Shown here piece after piece: positions 56,051 to 64,000 of a stretch of 64,000 bases of DNA. Position 1 is the first letter of the stretch. Each line of letters opens with the position of its first letter. Made by a program: the position numbers and the translations under genes. Origin of the DNA: Eledone cirrhosa (taxonomy: Eukaryota); NCBI GenBank assembly GCA_964016885.1, contig OZ024740.1, forward strand, positions 368,404,001-368,468,000. The letters are read 5' to 3'. The notes under the pieces were generated by a model. It was not told where the DNA came from, searched no databases, and worked only from the letters and a program-made list of their open reading frames with translations.

Positions 56051-59000
56051 ACATTAACAGGTTATAAACATATCTATACATAAACATCAAGAACTCACGA
56101 CTGACTCAATCTATATTGAAACAAGTTTGTACGTGTAGCCAGGGTCATAACTAATAAGGCTATATACATCAACAAGGTGCTTCTTTACAACATTATAAGT
56201 AGTAAAATTAGTACTCTTACGTTTGGGACAGGCATCGTCTGTGCCGGAAAGGATCGGCATTGCTCCACTTATTTAGATCATTTTCCAGCTACCACTTTTC
56301 TTTTCCCTGAACAGGGAAATTGACTTATTTGCTGCCAGTTTCATCAGAATATATCTCATGATATTGCAGAAGTTGTCTGACAGATAAACATAATGTCGTA
56401 GAGTCGATATTCAAGACCAGGCTAGTTGGCCCTTATGCAGTCCTCCATTACGTCTAGAAGAATTGACCGAACTGTCGCCATAAAACGGTCCATATCAGTT
56501 TGGAATTGAGTAGCATGCATTTATCTTGGTTCACTAAATCCCAAATGATAGGTTTGTTGTTATATTACGTCTCTGATGATTTGGCCCATCAAATGGTTTT
56601 CTTTCTACATGTCTTAAATAATTCATCTTAGCTCTCACAAACCAACCTTGGTGCCTCACTTTGAACAGGTGCACGAGAGCCAAACTCACACGTAAATCCC
56701 GTGTCCAAGCAGATCATCCGTATCATTAGATTCACATATTTCTCAAACAACACAGTGACTGGGCCTTCTGTTTCCCGCTGATATGTGCATACGTATAATT
56801 CGTAGATGATGAAGATAGGTGCGAATGATTGTGGATCAGAAATTATGGTCCTATTTATAGCGACAAAGTTTATGCGTATTTGTCTGAAGACGTTGATCAC
56901 GTAGCTGTGTTTCCAAGATAGCCCGTGGTCAATGAATTGAATCTATCATTGTAATTTAAGGACGTTAAGAAGGACTAATTACCATTATCTTGCGGAAGAG
57001 CTGGCGATCAAACATTTCGTTTCATTGTGTTTTTTTCCATGTGTATATTTTCATCAATTCCAAATTCCAATGGGATATTTGTTTGTGAGACTATTGTATT
57101 TGACTTTCTTTGTTTTGAGGATTTGTATGTGAGTTTTAAAGTTAAGTGTTGCTGGGATGTAAATGTTGTTTATTAATGTATACGAATCATACTTTTTGTT
57201 GTCTGAGTTTAAATATATTGTTCCATTCGCTTTGTTTATGGTGGTCAAGTAGCTGATGTTATTCTCGTTTATAGAGAGCGTATGTGTATGTGCAGTGCTT
57301 GTTTGCATTGGTTGTAGGTGAGTAGTACTGGATATGTGTTTGGTAATGTTATTAGTAATACTGAGTAGCTTGTTGGTTGGGTTTTCCCATTACTTCAAAT
57401 TGTCCAGCATTTTGTTTGGGCGAATGTTTTCGTTTCTTTCCCATCTAACGCGATGTTTTCTAGGATTGTGTCGCACTCCTCATGGAACATGTCTACGTGA
57501 TCTGACATGTGACATTCTCTTGTGTCGAAGGATTCACTTAATGATATTGGTATTGTTTTTTTTTTTCTTTCAGTAGGAGGCGGTTACGCTGGTGCAGTTG
57601 CTGTTGTTGATTTTGTTACCTCTTCTGTTAATGGCACTATGACTGCAACATATGCTGTTAATGACGTAGAGTTTTGGCTTTTGTCAAGACTAATCTTAGA
57701 CATCTATTGCTTGATGTGGAAGCAGAAATCTATCTGATGTATACTGGTAGCACATGTGCGACACCTTAACCCTCTGAACTCCTCTATAATCACAAAAGGC
57801 TGGGTGCAATTTGAGTAATAAGGTGGTGGATGTTTTGCAGGCGCTCTCCTTCTAGAACGCTTGTTACCAGGCAGGAAATGCATATTTGTAGAAGCAAATT
57901 AAATATTCATAATCCTGACATATATCTACTGAAGTACGTTGATATCAAAGTTAGAACTTCCAGAGCCTTATTTATAAAGTGCCAAATAATCTGCCAGGTG
58001 ATCTATTGTGTGATGCCGCAAATTGTTTTCAGGCGTCTATTAATGTGAGCCATAATGACGTATTGTAACCATTTGTATTTTACTGATATATAGTTGTAGA
58101 TGATTGAGCTCCTTTCCGTATCCCGCAGAACATACTACAACATCATTTACATAAGTTTGTTATATTTTGCGGGCTTTAAACTTGTATCCTTTGGTTGTGC
58201 ATGAGTGGCAAATGGATACACTTCACAAACTGTCCCCTCATTGTTAGTGCTGATACAGGTTTTCGAGTTCTGATTTGTACTTCCACTGTTGGTTACAGAC
58301 ACGGGAAGGAGAGTGGCAAAAATATAATTTGGGGTGTTTTCAAGCTCGTGGTGATGTTAGCGGCAGTAATGTTGTTACTATCATGGTCAGTTATGTAGAT
58401 AAGATGGTAATGAGGGTGCTTATCATTATATTTCTTATTGTTGGTTTCATTGTTATCGGTTAAGGTGGTGGGTTTTCTCATTCTGCTATTCTTGTCGTAG
58501 ATGTTGGTTTTGATATTTTCATATGATTTGGTGTTATTGATATCGACTGCTGTGCTTTGGCTGACAGCCACAGTGCAATGACGAATTTGCCATTTTTTAC
58601 TATCGAAAAATCCATCTGCGACGCCATTCTTTTAACTAAGAAGTAGGAGGATTTGTCCTACTTAAAATATAGATTTAGCCCAAAAGAGCTCAACATCAGG
58701 GCTGTACTTTTCACTATGCGAAGTAGGACACATTATTAACTTGTTAAATGCGTAACAATATCCGTGTTCTAAACAATTGAATATCACCTGCTGACACACA
58801 AAGTATAATAATCAAACGTAAACACGATAGGTTTTAAACTTAGAAAATAAAGAAAGAGAACTAAATATTACATGACATTTTCTCCTGCCAGCTTACTGCA
58901 ATTGTATGTCACACTATTTAAACATAAATATTTAACTATCTTTTTCTTTTTGTGTGTGATTTGCAGGGTTGTTATTCCAATAATAGGATTCAGCCTACAT

Positions 59001-59738
59001 TCGGTACGTTTTTGCAATGCACTTATTAATTACAAACGCAAAAGCATAATACAAATAAGTGATACTGAAAGCATCATCGATAACAACTATACCACCACCG
59101 CCAACACCAACAATAAAACAATACCAACTACAACAACAACAACAACATTAATAATAATTATAATGATGATAATGTAATAAATATAAAAAATAAATCAATA
59201 AAAATATAATAAATAAACAGAAAGTAATTAATGGGTGTTTTCAATCTGTCATCAATATCGCTTGCAGTAAATCGAAGTCGCTGACGAAAGAAATGTTAAG
59301 ATACATGTTTTCGTTATTTTTTTCCAAGAAACACTTGAATAATTCGATTGAATTAATGAGAAAACAGCGTGAACGCTGAATTCACTAGTTGATGTTTAAT
59401 AACAGAGATAAATTAACAGAAATAGCATAATACCTGTAAAATAGAGGTAAATATTGAATGGAACTAACAGGAGGGCAGTGGTATCGATCGATATAGATTT
59501 TCTCCGGTAAAGATACAGAGGAACTTTCGACGAGCATACTGTAGATTTTAGGTAAATTATGAAATGACTTCTCTGTTCCGATTATTAATATCTCCAGATT
59601 AACTACATGCAATGCACACACACACACACATACACGCACACAGACACACACACAACCACACACAAGCGTGCTCGCAGACCTACGTCCACACACGCCAATA
59701 CACGCTCACACCCACCCACACACATACATTGATATATA

Positions 59739-59955
59739 TATCACAGAAAAAAAAGAATCAGTGTTACGACGAAAGGAATTTATTGGACATATTACAAATG
59801 TTTCTCGGGCTAGAAACATTTGTAATATGTCCAATAAATTCATTTCGTCGCAACACTGATTCTCTTTTTTCTGTGATAACATACTTTGCTCTACGAGGGC
59901 ATTGAGTGGTCATACGGCATACCGCATACGGACGCTTTAAGCATCCAACACCAAT
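59739..59955 (+). mobile_element. Fold-back element: palindrome 59739-59878 with apex just 5' of GAAAC-ATTT-GTA, plus an unpaired 3' extension ending in (TA)n
   Basis: aatttattggacatattacaaatgtttct-cgggct-agaaacatttgtaatatgtccaataaatt. Confidence 0.85.
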
Positions 59956-59970
59956 TATATATATATATAT

Positions 59971-60210
59971 GGCGTAGGACAGAACAAAGGAGAGGCACAA
60001 AACAAAGAAAAGAATCCTCAGTCTCTGAAGGTGTCACAAAATTTGTGACGTAACAACTTTGATAATATATGAACAACCGTCCGTTGTGGAACCAACCAAC
60101 GGGAAATTCATAATTTTTTTAAATTCATAATTTAATTTATAATAAATTGGAGTGAAAGCGATGGTGCGTGTGTTTCTTATTGGCAACATGACCCTCCCAA
60201 ATATAACAAT
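59971..60210 (+). mobile_element. TA-flanked copy of the 30067 family with a decayed HHR (60021-60063)
   Basis: ggcgtaggacagaacaaaggagaggcac...ctgaaggtgtcacaaaatttgtgacgtaac...tggtgcgtgtgtttcttattggcaacatgaccctccc. Confidence 0.85.
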
Positions 60211-60824
60211 ATATATATATATATACATATTGGAAGTGCGTGGGGTGATACTGGGGAGACAATAAATCAGGGTAGTATTTTATACTCGGGAGGGAGCAGC
60301 GTGGGTGTAATAGAAGTTATAAACCCAACCGCAACGCTAAGTTATTTTGTCTAGTCTATCGCAAATCTTCCCTCTAATTTCTGTCGGATGCTAATTAGGA
60401 AAATGTGTGGAAATAGGTCGCTTGTTGAAGCTGGTTAAGTTCATTCAGCAACTGGTATTAGGAGGTTATTGGAGGAGTCATTTTGAAAAAATGAAGAAAA
60501 TATATCAGAGGGTATATGCTGAGAGGGAGATGTGTAAGGGAATTGAAAAAAAAAGTAGTTGAAAAGAAAAAAATGAAAATATAGCGGATGGGGTGTGTGG
60601 TAAGTGTGTCTGCACGTATACAAAATTAGGAATTACAGGGATATTTAAAACAAGCATATATCTACTATATATATTATATGATGTTATATTATATATATTA
60701 TGAATGTATTTACATACATGTTACACTATATATTCAGACCAAACCTACCTTTATCTCATATGTACATCACACACACACACACACACGCACACAAACACAC
60801 GCACACACACGCACACGCACACAA

Positions 60825-60893
<69 letters not shown>

Positions 60894-60908
60894 ATATATG
60901 ATATATAT

Positions 60909-61408
<500 letters not shown>

Positions 61409-61640
61409 GTTACAACAGTAACATATAGAGGTACTTAAGTTTCGTTGGGTTATGCAGCCCAACTTATTAAAATAATGGCATCTGGTGGTTGAATGAAATT
61501 TCTTTTAGGAAAATTATCCGAGAGCTCTTCAAAGGCAGGTAATTTCGAAAATACCCAAAATAGCTATAAATAACCCAAATTACTAGATAGATTGAAGGGG
61601 GATATTTATTGATATATGTACATATATATATTTATATATG

Positions 61641-61822
61641 TACAACCAACTAACCGGAAATTTATAAATTCTTAAATTTATAAATTTAATTTATAATAAA
61701 TTGGAGTGAAAGCAACTGGTGCGTGTGTTCTTATTGGCAACATGACCCTCCCAATGTATAACAATATCGGTTTCAACACACGTTTTCAGATAAATAATCT
61801 TGCTAAACAAATTCAGAAACCA
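61641..61822 (+). mobile_element. Partial copy of the 30067 family
   Basis: ctggtgcgtgtgttcttattggcaacatgaccctccc...gtttcaacacacg...aatcttgctaaacaaattcagaaa. Confidence 0.85.
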
Positions 61823-61823
61823 G

Positions 61824-61862
<39 letters not shown>

Positions 61863-62249
61863 TAGTTAGATAAATAGATAGATAGATAGATCATAGCAGG
61901 AACTTGTAGACACTGTTTTGAAACATATTTGCAAAACACCACGCGTCCAATATCTCTGGACTAAACTAAACGTAGAATCCGCCAAAATAGGAATTTAAAA
62001 AAAACCTATTAGTAGAAAATAAAAAAGAATAAACACAATCAACAAACCAAAATCCGGCCAGCTAACAGCAATACAATTCGACAGCTCTAACACTGCTTGA
62101 ATAAAAAAATATAATCTCCAACAAGGTACGAAAACTATAATCAATAATCACAAAGAACATTTGAGGAGGAATGGGCCAATCAGAGAATCAAACTCAATCC
62201 CCAAATATTCTTTTCATTTGCGAAATAACACAAAGTCCCTGCCCCCATA

Positions 62250-63930
62250 TTCGGCATGCTGAAGACAATTCTAAAGTCATGGATGCGATACTACACAAAC
62301 GATATTCTGTTTTCAGCAATTCTGATAGGGCTGATCTAGGCTGTATCAGTGATTAATTCGCATCTGACATTAGGTTTTGCAGCAATGAAGGGAATTAAAC
62401 ACTACTCAGCATTACGCCCGGATAGACTGTATAATCCAATTCTGAATGTGTTTCAAGGCCAGCTTGCTCCCCATCTATCTAATCTGAGGAGGAAGACACT
62501 GGGTGCAAGTTATATATCTGAAAAACTTCTGCCTTAGTCTGTTGTCACAATTTTTAAAACGGGAAAGAAGTCCCTTGTAGTGAATTGCCGTCTGATCTCA
62601 CTCATCTCTCATATCTTCAAAGTATTTGAGAGGGAGTTGTGAGAGAATAACTGACTTCTTTCAAAGCATCAATCTACTGAAATCCTGCCAGCATGGGTTC
62701 CTTTATAGAAGGAAAATTGATGACATATTAAGATATTTCGGAGAGGGCTCCAACAATGATGTCGTACACGTTGATTTCAGCAAGGTCTTTGACATATTGG
62801 ACCACCACATTCCAATGAAATCACTTTTCAGACCAGCATCGGCGTCTCTTGAATGTTACTGCAATAGACCAAGTGTTTGCTCAAAAACGGATCCCAGCAT
62901 TCTGTATTCGAAGCAGTACCATCATGCCTAACGAACGTAGAGACGTACCACAAGGCACTGTATTGGAGCGACATATCTTCAGTATGATATGCATGACATT
63001 ATTAACGTCATCAAGCACACCAACATGAGAAGCATTGCAAAACATTCTAAGCTCCAGACGGTTATCAATGGATTGGGGAATCGTAGATGCCTTAAATCAA
63101 ATGTACTTGGGTGGAACAATATATGCTGCTGAACGAGGATCAATTTGGAAAAGTCGATGCACTGAAACTATCATATTCCCTTCCCTCGTGTAAATCTCTT
63201 GTGTCATCCAACAACATCGAAAACCTGGGAGTAATTGTTGATAACAAGATAAGCTGCGCTACTTATCTAAACAGTAAAGCTGGCGTGGCTCGCAGGATGT
63301 GTTCCTGGGTCCTTAGAAATTTCCAGTCGAGAGATATCCAGAACAATATACTTTTTTTCTCTGCATTTGCCCGGCACACCACCTAGAATACTGTTGTCAA
63401 CTGTGGTCTTCCTACACGAAAAGATTATGAAAACTGAAGCACTGCAAAAGCCAATCACAACAAGACAGACGACTTGACAGGCCTTGAAAATTGGGGTCGA
63501 CTAGAAAATCTCCCACTCTACTCTATCCAACGCCGCTTTGAGCGCTATATTATCTTCATGATGTAGTAAATAATCCATCAGCATTGCTCACATGACGCTG
63601 GCATCATCTTTGAATCACAGATAAGGCTTGGTGCCCCATGCTATCCGTCCATAACAAAAATATAACTCGCAACTCAACAAAATTACGGCACAATTATTTC
63701 ACCTCCAGTGGTCCCATACTATCTAACATTAATCCAAAACACACAAAATCAGAAACGAACCTCATATCCGTGTATATGAGGTTTGTTTCTGATATGTCCT
63801 CATATCCGGGGATATGAGCTTTGACCTCATATCCCCGGATATGACTCCATAAGCAAGAACAATCTATTTAAGTGGACCATGGTCTCCAAATCCCGATTTA
63901 AAAGACTTCACCAGGTAGTATTTATATATA
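62250..63930 (+). mobile_element. Decayed CR1-like LINE RT region
   Basis: NCRLISLISHIFKVF, QHGF, VDFSKVFDILDH, VPQGTVL, NLGVIVDNKIS, WVLRNF, LEYCCQLWS, LYSIQRRFERY. Confidence 0.85.
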
Positions 63931-64000
63931 TGTGTGTATATCTATAACATTGATAAGATTTGATTGGTTTAGGCAAGTAGTAGACCATCGCCTGGTCTAA

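Noticed and set aside
58967-59003. Possible short exon (ttgcag|...|gtacgt), and likewise 34299-34322
   Set aside because: No recognisable protein similarity and no linked exon chain.

Overview
Eukaryotic, AT-rich, microsatellite-saturated non-coding DNA. It is probably from an octopus or other cephalopod, inferred from the SINE families and the density of (TA)n/(CA)n/(GA)n tracts. I can support no intact host protein-coding gene, and nearly all listed ORFs are microsatellite artefacts. The window is a graveyard of retroelements: Penelope-like elements (PLEs; Neptune-type and Naiad-type RT/GIY-YIG remnants), RTE, CR1-like and RLE-type LINE fragments, tRNA-derived SINEs, a non-autonomous Helitron and a mariner remnant. 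The striking signal is about 20 intact or decayed minimal type I hammerhead ribozyme (HHR) motifs from many unrelated families. Most lie in short cassettes embedded in (TA)n tracts, and many cassettes are fold-back palindromes. In five of them (two families) the palindrome apex sits at what would be HHR stem II, leaving mirrored 'GAAAC-stem III-GUH' half-ribozymes. This suggests ribozyme-hairpin-primed snap-back synthesis during TA-targeted retrotransposition. All coordinates and pairings were read by eye and are approximate.
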